Source of the DNA: Anthoceros angustus
Lineage: Eukaryota; Plantae; Anthocerotophyta
Direction of reading: 5' to 3'
Length of the DNA: 64,000 bases
Assembly (NCBI GenBank): GCA_010909165.1
Contig: MU008170.1
Coordinates: forward strand, 248,001-312,000
How positions within the stretch are numbered: position 1 is the first letter of the stretch; each line of letters starts with the position of its first letter. Below the pieces are notes generated by a model. That model was not told where the DNA came from and did no database searches. It was given only the letters and a program-made list of their open reading frames with translations. A program made the position numbers and the translations under genes. This document shows, one piece after another, positions 1-11,789 of the stretch.

Positions 1-442
1 ACTGGCCACTCCTCCAACTTCGTCTTCAACGTGGATTTGCCTTCTGACAAACCATCCGAATTTTGGGTTCGCAGAGGAGTGGCCATGCTGCTCTCGCTCA
101 GTGACTGACTGGATGCAAGACCTCCTTTGGTTGGCTCAGGCTCGGGCTCAGGCTTTATTGGACTACCTAACGCCAAGGCACTGTTCTGCCCCGGGTTTCA
201 AATACAATGTGCATTGTACAAATCAACTCAATGTCTGCTTCTGCTGCACCCCGACAGCGCATGCATGTACACTAGCGTCTACAAAACTCCTGTACAGGTG
301 AGGTGCTAGCCAACCACTCAAAGAATATCTACAGCTGCTCATGAGCATGTATGTATACAGCTCGCTTGTCACTGTCGGGTTGAGGTGACGCCAGACGCGT
401 CCGGCTGGCAAAAGAATGTTGGCAGAAAAAGAATGTGATCCA

Positions 443-3400
443 CTATGACTGATCCCACGGGCCAGTAAACTTCGTGGGTCGGCTTCTAAGCCAGTGCAGC
501 ATCTCCCGATTCAACTCCCTACCTAGCATGACCGCATCAAGCATGGGACTCCCATATATGCCCCTGTTGCTCTTGAACTCCCACAGAGACTTGGGCCACT
601 GCTTTTGAGGATTTTTTTCCTGATACACACCAAAGCGATCACTCAGTGCCCACCACTTGTACTTCAAACAGACACAGTAAGTGCTGCGCATCAAACACAC
701 AACTTACCATGCTTCTCACCATCTCCTGTCTCTGCTTGGGTCCATAAGGCCATTGGTACTCATGATACTGCCCTTTAGCATAGCATGATGCTAAATCTGG
801 CAGCACCAAGCATCCTCGCCTCTCCTTTGATAAGTTAACATCCGGACGGGGGTGCTGCTTGAACCAATACAACAACTGACCCCATATATACTCCCTATTG
901 TACACCTTCTTCCAGGTGGTCGTACCACCACCAGTAGAATGCCTGTGACCGAGCTCTAGTGCATCTATTTCTATCTCCTCTGATTCTACTTCCTCGTATT
1001 CCTGAAACCATCACAGCAAAATTAATACCTTGAAGGTCAAGAGAAAAACACTTCAGCCCTTAGCAGGAAGTCCAAATGATCCTTACCTCGCAGGTGAAAA
1101 AATTCTCTGTATACGCATAAAGATGAATGACATCTGCGGCAGCATCATGTCGAGCTCGACAGGATGCATTGAGTGCTAGAAGCTCATCCCGAAGCCTGTC
1201 AAAGTTGATTTGCCACGTTCAGAGTTCAGCGAGTACTCACACTAAAATCACGTTTTTTATAAAGAAAAGTTCGACAAGTACCATAACAGTGAGTGACGTA
1301 GATTGTCTTCCACTTCCCCTAACCCAGAGCCAGGGTCATGCTCCCGAATCTTTCGCCGCAAAGCTTGATAAGTATCCCTGTCGACATATGTATCAACTAA
1401 TTGTAGCAGTTCTTGCACAAGAGAATTGCTGCCCTTCCAGATCTTCTTCAACAGCTCTCCTCCGGTTAGCCTCTTCACCGGTGGAGGTGCGACCTTGGGG
1501 TCTTTGTACACCTTCGTAAGCACATGCCGAATCTGAAGCATTCAAGAGTCAGCGAAATTTGACAAAGTCAGTCTTGAACAGACCAACTGAAGAGAGAGGG
1601 AGACCAGAAGCCCCCGTTCAAACCTTGTCAAGAGTTATTGCCAAGTTCTGTAGTCGTAACATGTACAAACCGTCTGTCTGCATGCCGAATGAAAAGTTAG
1701 AACAGCTGGCCGTTCTGCAACTCCGAGTGGAACAGGTAAGGCAGCTTGGGAAACCCATACACACCTGCACTTCAGCGTCTACCCTTTCCTGCTCAGAGAA
1801 ACTATCATTCGCTTGCTGACGTCTCTTGCGGGCTTTTGACTTCATGAGCTCATCCGGTAGCTCCATTTTCTCCTTATTAATATACTGGACCTGTAACTCC
1901 AGATTATGCATTCAGATTCATCCAGAATCACCTCTTCATCATGAGGCATCTTCATTAGGATGAGCACAAAGACACAAAACATAACGCACCACAGAGTGTG
2001 AGAACTTGATCACCCAATCTGGCAACCCAGAAAGTATAGATGGGCCCAAGCCAACTTGCTTCATTTCTTCCATGTCAGCCTGGGTGACGGCTGGCCTTGT
2101 GCATGCTCTGAGGAGCAAATTCTGTCTATCCAGCAATCCATGGGCCTTTCTCATTACCTGCACCACAACGATGGTCAAACGTCAGGATAGCAGCTTTTAG
2201 AGCACGCCAGCTAGAGGACAGGAACACAACAGATCCCCACCTCTTGAAAGGTATTTGCGCCAGCGAGATTCAGGTAGCTGCCCCGACAACCTTGACTTCC
2301 ACAAAGACAGACAGAAGAGTTGTATTCTTCCTTGCTCTGTGCAGGCAGACAGGACAAATCAGACATACTCATTCAGATAAAACTTTCGAATAAAACTTGA
2401 TGAACTTCCTGGGTTGCGTGTTGAGTTTTTTTACACATGCAGTAGGATTCAAGAAAGACAAAATGGCATACCTCTGTCAATGAGTTGTAGTCAAAAGTTA
2501 ACTCCTCTCCACAATTCACTGGCCTCAAAGTGTAAACTCCTATCATGTACCTCCCATCCACAGCTGTGACTCTGCAATCCAGAGTGCAGCAACGTCAATT
2601 AAGAATATATACAAGAATGTATTTTACAACGACACTTTATTCTGTTTAGCATTCTCTCAGAGAGACAATTAAACAGAAACCTGGAGCAGGATGTGAGTAC
2701 AACCACATACCTTGCTTCACAATTGGGGCGACAAGAATGGCAAAGTCTGCTCGCAAAATTTGCTTTGTGCATGGCATCAATAATCAACACATCATAGCCT
2801 GCACCATCTTTCTGCCAAAATGAAGCACCAAGAGTGATATAAATGTCTGTTACTCGCGACAGGACTGATCAATGGCAAATACTCCCAAGATACTATAATC
2901 TCTTACCTTAGGCCTCTCCAGAAATATGTTGTAAAACTCAGGGGTGCCATCTTTATCTTTCTTTTGGATATTACGAATCCCATCTTGCTTCTCGAACCAT
3001 CGCCATGGAGGGTACACCTCACCAAGGAACTCTACAACAAAATCATCTTTATCAAAGCCACCCGACTTATTACATACTACGCCCAGCCCCTGCAATCACG
3101 CACCCACTTCTCTTAAGGACACTACACGTGACCAAAAACATTAAACTGAACATGACTCAAGGAGATGAAGCCACCACAACAAAGTGAAGTCTAAAACACA
3201 ATCATTCAATGTACAACCACGATACCTTGCGATACGCAACATATTTGTCCCGTGACTCTGGCCTGTCCTTCGATTGGCGAACCTTTATATTCCTCAAAAG
3301 CCCGCCACAGAAATCTGCTAAACGCCTATCCTTCCCTGCCAGTGCCTCATCAAAAAGTCTTTCGACAATGCCATCCAACGGATATTCCATGGGAGCTGTT

Positions 3401-6400
3401 CCCGTGTTGGTGAAACGACTTACATCTTTGTTCAAGGCCCAAAGCAATGTCTGCAAGCATCAAAACTATATTAAGCATTCAAATCCAGTCACTATAGTCC
3501 ACTGCAGCACGTACCACATTAAGCTCCCATCTAAACACAATTTATGCATGCATCACAAGATCCAGTAAGAAATGTATCAGCAGCTGGAGTAGTTCCCTCC
3601 CACCTCTTCAATGAATTGCTGCTTCTGCACTTCTGCGAAGTCCTCTGTATCCTCAGGCATTGTATCTAACAGGAGATTGTGAGTGTAGGGATCAATACCA
3701 TATACTTCCTGTTCAACTACTTCTTGCCCTAATATTTTCCTCGGCTGCCGGTCTTTGACCTCTGGCACATCAAGATGAGCATATTCAAGCCCTTTCTTCT
3801 CCTGGGCAACTGCAAGCTTGAGTTCATAATCATCTGGCAGGACAACTTTCATCTTCTGCTTCACTCGTTCCACGTCAGCCACAATGCAGTACTCATCAAT
3901 GACTTCATACTTCCTCGTAACTGGCGGAACCATCGCAGACTTTGTCATCCGATTACCCCAATCGTGTGTAACAGCTGCAGCCCTGCCACCTTCAAAATCT
4001 GAGCAGTCATTCTCATCCTCTGCTGTGCGATCTTCACCCTCAGATTGGCTGGACATCTCAGAGCCAGACACATCTGTCTCGGTCTCCTCCTCCCCCTCAT
4101 CTGCAAAAGTCTCCTCCTCATCTGCATCATCAGAGCTCTCTGCTTCTGACTCTGACCATCTTCTTTTCCTAATTTTTGCAGGCCTCTTAGAATGCCTATC
4201 ATGCGATCTGTCACTCTCTGTCTCCTCCTCATCCTTGATTTTTTTGAAGGCCCCAGGTTTTCCTTTGCCATGCTCCTCCCGACGCCTTTTCCTTCCTTTC
4301 TGGTTTTCAGGCAAAATGGAGTGCTTTTTATGTGGAGCTGATAAATTTTCATCAACTTCCCTTTGAACTGCTTCTGCTGCCTTGAATACAGCCCGTGCAG
4401 CCAGATGTTTAGGAGTGCCCTCTCCGTCTCTGCACCCACAGATTGTACAACCACAACAGCAGGTTCAGTCAAATGGAGGTTCACAGCTGATGAAAGTCCA
4501 CAACAGGTTCATTATGTTTCAAAACCTTCAAGCTCACCGGAAACCCTGTCTTATAACTAGGCGTACATCTTCCTTCAGCATGTCCCAGCCTCTGCCGCCG
4601 TAATAAAGGCCATCCTTATACTTCTTTTGAATTATTGGAAGGTCCATTCCTCCAGACTTATCACCAGACACCTGGTGAGCCATTATGAAACTTGTTAGTG
4701 CAACAGCTTGTAATTGGACTAATTCGGGAACACAAGACCGAGCAATACATCAGAACAACAGTGCGAGAATGTAAAAAACGTACAGCTCGATTGAGCAACT
4801 TCTTTGGATCTGCCTCCATCACTTTCGACACCATCAAGCGAATGTATTTTTCCCAACTTCGGTCCCCATCATGAAGACTCAGCGGCGCTGGCCGCCGTAC
4901 ATTGTCATGGGTTTTAATGGGTGAAACAAGCTTGTGTGACTTTTGAATAGAAGCAGAAGATGGCAATTGCTTTTGGACCATCTTCCTCTCTTCATATGGA
5001 TGGCCAGTGTGAGTCCTCAAATCGTCTCCATTTTCATGATGGTGAGCACTCTTAGAAGCCCGACTGACCTTCTTTCCCCCCGAAACTCTTGTGCCATTTG
5101 CCTGCTTCAAGCATTTCCTCTTATCTGGCTCGTCCTGTTCAGATACGGTATGTATCCGGGCACTTGTGGACGTCATAGAGTTCACATCCACATCAGGAAT
5201 TTTCCCCTTACAATATACATACTCCGAGGAGTGCACAGAGTGTTCCTCTGATGTCTGACTGACACTCGAGGGCTTCTCCCCTTTAAGCTTGAGACCCCTC
5301 ATCCTCTCATACACTCTTTCTCGCTTGTGAGAAAGGCTGGTATCCACATTGCATCCCAGCCACTTCACTCGCAAATGGACCTTTTTCGGCAGATCCTTCA
5401 GTTGAGTACACCCGGAGATATCCACTAGTGCAATTGAGGGGCACTGCCGCAAAAGGTCTTCCAGTGAGTTGGGAGTTATGGAGGTGCAGCCTTTTAGGAT
5501 CACCTCCTTTAATCTTCCTCCACCAACAGCCTGCTCAACCAACCAGCAGAACATGAGCTGTCAGAAATCAGAAAGGCAAGGAACGACTAGAAACTAAAAT
5601 GATTCCCTTCATAGTGCTGCTTACCACAAGGGCATTGACAACTTTATCAGTGCAAAGATGTCCTAATGGTGAAAGGTTCACAGAAGTCAGTTCTCCCTCA
5701 TGCGTCTCAGCCACAATCTTCCATTTCTTGCATGTCGTCATGGCAGAAGATAGATCTTTAGCATCACCATTCAGACGTTGAAACACTCTCAGAAGGACTT
5801 CTTCTGTAAGCAGATCGCCTTCACCATGCAAGTCACTTGGAGATTGCACTGCAGATAAACCAACATTAGGCGCATTGAGGCAGTCCTGCTTCCCTCCTGC
5901 ATCTTGGGTGTCATTGTCATCTTCATCACTATATTCAGCAATGAATCGCCTCCTGCGTGGTTGCTGCAAATTCTCATCATTAACAGGCTTGGTTTCTTGT
6001 CGCTTAGAACACTTTGTATCACTTCGATTGACTGAAGCATCTGAGAGGAAAACAACCAAGATGAGATTGTCCAGTAAGTTACGAAAGTGAATCATTCCAG
6101 TCAAGCAAATGATGAAGCTGCAAGAGAGTACCTGCAAGGTGATCTGAATGCAGTGCATTTGCATGAATCTGCTTTGATGCATTACTCCCTCTGACTTCAT
6201 CAGAAAGTAAGCCCTTTGGAGAGTCTGCAGAGCAGTTGCCCTTAGCTGTATAACTCTGACCACCTAGCTGGGAGCACTGTGAAGTGACAGGGGAGCTGGC
6301 AGGTGCAATCACCATAGGTTGCAACCCCACTGCATGGGAACTTGTACCTGCAAGAGATGCTCCGACAGGTTCACTTGGCTTTAGAAGCCAAGCATCCAAG

Positions 6401-9400
6401 CATTCAGTCAAAACACCTGCGAAAACTTGTCTGTATTTCTTCATCACATGCTCATGAATCTTTTCTCGTGTAAAGCTAAGAAACTGGGGAAATTGATTAT
6501 GGAACTTGACAAAATCGTCATTGTCACTGACGACCGGTTCCCCACTTCTACCCACAACACTTGCACATGCTGCAAGAGACACTGATTGGGAAGACAATGA
6601 TATCCAGGTATCATCACTCTTTCTGTGAATGCTGATGCCTTCCAGAAGAGTTCCAGCCTTGAGCATCTCCTGCAGGCTTACATAGGTGAAAGGTCCACAC
6701 TCAGTTCCCGATCCACTGGCGAAGTACCAGTCTCCATTTTGGATATCCAGGCACTCCTGCGCAACCACGCCTGTAGCAAAGACCCTGTTTCTCTGCTGAG
6801 CTTCAGATTCTAAGCACTGCGGAAGCTCACGACACCTGGTTGTTTGCTGTCCTGCAGCATTTTGGATCTCCAGCTTAACTCTTTTCACACTAAAGCTCCT
6901 GCTGGAATCATCAAGAACAGCAGACGGAACCTTCCTTTTCCTCTGATGGTCATTGACAGCCTGATCTACAGATGCCGGAGAACCAGCTTTTTGAGCCACC
7001 TCTTCACTCTTCCCAGATATCACAGTCTCTCTGGGTGCCCCTGACACCTTGTTTGACTTGTCGGGTCCCACAACTTTCTTGGATGATACCACAGCAGAAC
7101 TTGGTCTAGGGGTGGTATTTCCAGGCTTTGAAGATTTCGGCCCACTACCTGGTGTGGCAACAGAGCCTCTAACAGGTGTGAGCAAGTTTCCTTGGGGCGT
7201 CGACAAGCGCTCGGAAACAAGGGTAGGTGCTTGAGGCTTTGGCTTCGCTGCAAGTAATTGTGGTGCTGCCAATTCCGAACCCAACTTCTGTTCCAACCGC
7301 TTCTTCTCCCAGACCTTGAAGGCCCACTCCGGAATTTCCAGTTTTCGAGAATGGGAGCCCTCTGATGACACCCCTGGAAAAAGAGTACGAGGATCAGGCA
7401 GACCCGACTTTACAATGTCGCAGAGTGCCCTCCCCTCATTTAGAACCACCTTAATACCCTTTTCCAAACTGCCTATAATCTCTGGTTGAGAAGGCAACGT
7501 ATGTGCGTTACAAGGCACAACAACTTTCCAATCACCGCCCCGTGAAGGCCATATACTTGATTGCCCTCCCTGGTGGAGGGTTTGCTCTTCCTTCACAGCT
7601 TGGACGGGAGGATTGGGAGCCTTTTCAGTTGACCTGTCTGCACTGGAGCCTGGTCTACCTGGTTGCTCATCTACTGGTAGCAAATCTTGTGCAGTGGATG
7701 CAGTCCCAACATCACCATCACATTCAGAGTCTTTCCACTGGTCCCCAAACTCTGTGTAGCCCACATGAAAACGGGGAGACTCTGCACATGACATGTGAGC
7801 ACATGATCAGATCTTTCATCAACGTTAAATCACAAAAGCCTGAGAGAAACTGAGTAACCTAAAACACAAATTTCTTGGAAATGTTCGTGTACAACCTTGA
7901 ACAAAACACTCCACATCAGCAAGTTGACGTTTTGAAGCCGAGCTCAACGCAGCTACAAAGTTGAAAACACAAAGTAAGACGAGAAAGAAAAACGTGGGCG
8001 CAAAGGAAATGCAAACAGAACCTGGCACACATATGCAACAAGCCAGTGTTAAGTACCGAAGACTGTCTCCTTCTCATTTCCTGGCGTGAGAGAAAACCCA
8101 CGCATCAGTGCCTCCACCCGGTCGTTTATCTGGTAGTCACAATCACCTGCGGAAGCTCCCACAGCTGAGACATCCAAATGCACCTCAGAAGTGAGTTGAC
8201 TGGGTATACTTGGCACGCCACCAGGTGGAGCCAACAATGCCTGAGCTTCCGGTCCAGAGGATCGGCTACCACGCTGCAAGCGAGGGGAAGATTCCGCATT
8301 TTCTAGCGTTACCCATTCATGGCTTCCGATTCTGCTCACCAAATGATCCGCCAGAAGCTCGCGAGATGACAACTTTCTTTTCAGCTCAGAAAGAGGGACA
8401 GGGCCTTGCGTAACTCCAGTTAATTGGTCGATGTACAGCCAACCAGCACCTGATGACCTGCACCTGGCATCATAGTCAGCATGCCTATGATTCGAGCTGA
8501 CCAAAGCTGAACCTGGGGGATGTCCTCTCTCCAAGACTGCATGCTGCTGCATTTGCTTGCCTGTGCTCAAAACCTTGCACATTTCCAATCCTTCTCCGGC
8601 CCGCCCTGTTGAGTTGAATCCTGCAGGAAGGACACTTGACTTGTCCAAATCTGGTGGCTGCATAGCGTTAGGTGTTCCTGCAATCCTGCAATTCCCCGAG
8701 CTCCCTGCAACAAGCTCACCGGAGCCAAACCAAGCAGCACGGACACTTGAATTGTCCAAATCTGGTGGCTGCATATCGTAAGGTGTTCCTGCAGTTCTGC
8801 GATTCCCCGAGCTTCCTGCAACAGGCTCTCCGGAGCCGAACCAAGTAGAACGGACACTAGACTTGTCCAAATCTGGTGGCTGCATATCGTTAGGTGTTCC
8901 TCCAATCCTGCAATTCCCCGGGCTTCCTGCAACGGGCTCTCCGGAGCCGAACCTAATAGCACAGGCACTTGACTTGTCCAAATCTAGTGGCTGCGTATCG
9001 TTAGGTGTTCCTGCAATCCTGCAATTCCCCGAGCTTCCTGCAACAGGCTCTCCGGAGCCGAACCAAGCAGCACGGCCGGAGGGTTTATCCGAGACTCCCA
9101 CAACAGGCTCTCCAGGATCGAACCACGCAGCACGGACGCTAGAATTATCCGAGCTTCCTACAACACGCTCTCCAGAGTTGGACCGAGGAGCCCGGATACT
9201 GGATTTATCCGAGTTTCCTACAACACGCTCTCCCGAGTCGAACCAAGCAGCCCGAATGCTCGCTTGCCCCGAGTCAACAAGGTTCGATTCTCTCCCACTC
9301 CCTCCACGCAGGTCTCTGACATCCTGCTGCCCGCCATCGTCATTGCAGGCAGCACTCAGTTTAACTGTAGAATTGTCTGCAGCATGAGGGCCCTTGTGGT

Positions 9401-9905
9401 GCTGCTGCTCCGAGGAATTAGGCAACTCGGAGTTTCCAGAGGACGTCCGGGACTGAAATCCCGCCGAATCCCTGGCCTGGCCAGCTCGAGCTCCATCCCA
9501 GTCCCGACCCCTCCGGCTCCCCTCCAAGCCTCCACGGCGTTCACGGCAATCCTTTTCGCAGCCATTCAAGGCATGACGATCCCTGTCGTCTGCTGCTCTG
9601 CCGTCCAAACTGCTCCTCCGATTAGGGGACCTGTGCGAGAAGCCGTTCCTCGAATAATTCCTTCCGGCGCCATTTCTCCTTGCATCATGTCCACTTCCCC
9701 GAGATCCATGGCGATCAGAACTAGACCTGCTACTCCTTTCCGCACTCTTATTTCGATCTGGCAGTCGGCCTGCACCTGCTGCATTAGAGTCACGACCACC
9801 TAGATGATCCCCCGAATCCGAAACCCCGTCCTTGTCCCTTCTGCTGCTGCGCTTAGGCGTCCAGCTAGTCGAGCCACCATTATGGCAACTCTCGCCTGCA
9901 GTCAT
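443..9905 (-). CDS. ATXR3: Histone H3K4 methyltransferase ATXR3/SDG2, multi-exon; true N-terminus uncertain and may extend to ~10.1-10.5 kb
   Basis: Successive minus-strand exons with GT-AG introns. They encode two GYF-like motifs (WLYIDQLTGVTQGPVPLSEL; WYFASGSGTECGPFTYVSLQ), an F-box/LRR-like block (LLTEEVLLRVFQRL; LKGCTSIT), WGNRMTKSAMVPPVTRKYEVID, EQEVYGIDPYTHNLLLDTMP, the SET domain (GLGVVCNK..FVVEFLGEVYPPWRWFEKQDGIR; DAMHKANFASRLCHSCRPNCEA; GEELTFDYNS), post-SET VCLCGSQGCRGSYL and the family C-terminus GSPMLDAVML..WLRSRP..W. Stop TAG at 443-445. Confidence 0.95.
8620..9270 (-). repeat. In-frame coding tandem repeats in the large ATXR3 5' exon: 4 x 111 bp (37 aa) plus 3-4 x 60 bp (20 aa)
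   Basis: ga(c/a)ttgtccaaatct(g/a)gtggctgc recurs at 8638, 8749, 8860 and 8971 (period 111). ttatccgag recurs at 9085, 9145 and 9205 (period 60). The peptide unit is SSVRAAWFGSGEPVAGSSGNCRIAGTPNxMQPPDLDK. Confidence 0.95.
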
Positions 9906-10930
9906 GGTATCTCAACCGCAGCCAGCACAGGCGCGCCCCCGTCCGCGAGCGAAAGAGAAGCCCAGAGCCAATACCGTGCCACGGCGCGCCCAGGGCTCAT
10001 CAAATTCCCGGGCTAGTGACAGCATGATATAGCGGCTTCCGCTCATACCCCTCTCCCTCCCGCTGTTGCGCACCAGAGAAAACCTATCGCACGGGCGCCC
10101 AAACCTGCCGCTCCAGTCGAGAGGTGCAGATCTGCGGAGCCATGGGATGAGACACGTCAAAAATACGTGAATCCAAACTCGGTAGCTTCCGGCTGTCACC
10201 TTCCCTTCCGCTCCCCTCCCCTCCCCGCCAAGGCTAACGCAACCAAACCTAAGCAGCAACCAGAACCAGATCCAAGAACCAGGACCCCAGTGTGCAGGTG
10301 GGAATCCTAGCACCCAGAGACGGGGTACCGAGGTGAAGCCCTTACCAGGTGAAGGAGTCTCATAATCCAAAAATCTGCATGCTTCACCCGCACAAACCTG
10401 TCGAGCCTGCGGCTGCGCCTGCGCATCCTTGACGACTGAGTGCGTGCGGGTGCGGGAAGTGAGCCGATAATTGAGAAGTGGAGCCAACAGGGCTCACGCA
10501 CAAATAAAGGCGTGCCTGGTGACTGCAACGAGCCCTGACACCTCAAGAATGGGAGGCCGGGCTCATAGTGCTATGCCTAGGCTGAGTTAGCATACCAGGT
10601 GCCACCCACTCCCCATCCTACACACAGTGTATGAGCAAGCTTTGTGTGCCTAGAGGCAAGTGCGGCACAAAATCCACAAGCACAGGCCAAGCAAGGAAGA
10701 AGGTGCTGAGCTCCACATTCACACGGCTGTGTGCCAGGAATTGCGCTTGACGGAGCCACACGGGACGGCGAACGAGGGAAGGGAAGGCACCAGGAGAAAG
10801 AACACTTCCACTTCAAGGAAGAGGGAGGATGCAGTCATAAGCGCCATATATAATGTACGCCCTGGGCCTCGGATGCGTCATATATACCTACAGCTAGGGG
10901 TCATACAGTCGGGCCTTCCTAATAAGGGCG

Positions 10931-10958
10931 GTTTCGCGTTTCGCGTTTCGCGTTTCGC
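10931..10958. repeat. (GTTTCGC)4 microsatellite upstream of ATXR3
   Basis: gtttcgcgtttcgcgtttcgcgtttcgc read directly. Confidence 0.9.
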
Positions 10959-11168
10959 ACGACCCTGGGGCCCGAGCCCGGCACGCAATTTGGCATGTGC
11001 TCGGCTCTTCGCAAGCCTAGACCGGCCATCACCGGCCGCCACGGCTCTCGCACCGGCACCCACCGGTGCTCACCATTTACAGTCTACACGCCTACACCCT
11101 AGCTTTCTCGCATTCAACAACCACTGCACTCTGCGTTCGGCATGAGTTTACCGGCACAATACGTTTCC

Positions 11169-11210
11169 CGTCGGGCCGTCGGGCCGTCGGGACGTCGGGA
11201 CGTCGGGACC
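11169..11210. repeat. 8-bp tandem repeat (cgtcggg[c/a])5
   Basis: cgtcgggc cgtcgggc cgtcggga cgtcggga cgtcggga read directly. Confidence 0.9.
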
Positions 11211-11789
11211 CGGCAGCGGCTAGGCTAGACTAGCCTTACCTAATTTGGGCACCCCAAGCCTAAACAACGGACTCATGAGCGCCTTCTTGTGCGCTCGGTG
11301 TACATACCTTATGTCACACCCCTTCATTAACTTCCCTTCTCCGGGACTGGACAATTTTGTACGCGGGAAATTATTGAAAATTAATTATGATTTTATTTCT
11401 ATTAAACGTTTTAAATTATCATAAAATATGATCCATGATCTCCACGAGAGCTTTCCAACGCACTCTCCTAATAGATTTGTAGAAGCATGTTGATCGAAAC
11501 ACACAACATCAAGTGCACGAAAACAGGACACCACAGCATTGCTCACACTTTTGTAACACATGCTCTCACCACAACAAAAAATTTGAATTTGCACAAGAGG
11601 CAACCTGCACGCCAAGGTCTTCACAACAACAAAATGAGGGACGTTTGCAGCTCGAGTTTCGTCCTAACCCGGGACGATCCCTCCTACCCTCGGATTATAC
11701 ATCATAGCAACATCATAGTTGTGCTAACATTAGGTAGATTCTTAGGTACATAGGGGTGTCTTTGAACAAATAACAATATATTTTTTGAC

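Noticed and set aside
1-310. Short plus-strand ORFs that could be the 3' end of a neighbouring gene
   Set aside because: No recognisable motif. The region is truncated by the window edge and could be ATXR3 3' UTR.
3775-9803. Many plus-strand ORFs over ATXR3
   Set aside because: Antisense shadows of real exons.
9912-10046. 44-aa ORF in frame with ATXR3 and separated by one TGA (possible uORF or readthrough)
   Set aside because: A donor (g|gtatga, ~10048) and acceptor (actgcag|, ~9897) bracket it in matching phase, so it is more simply an intron. It cannot be resolved without transcripts.
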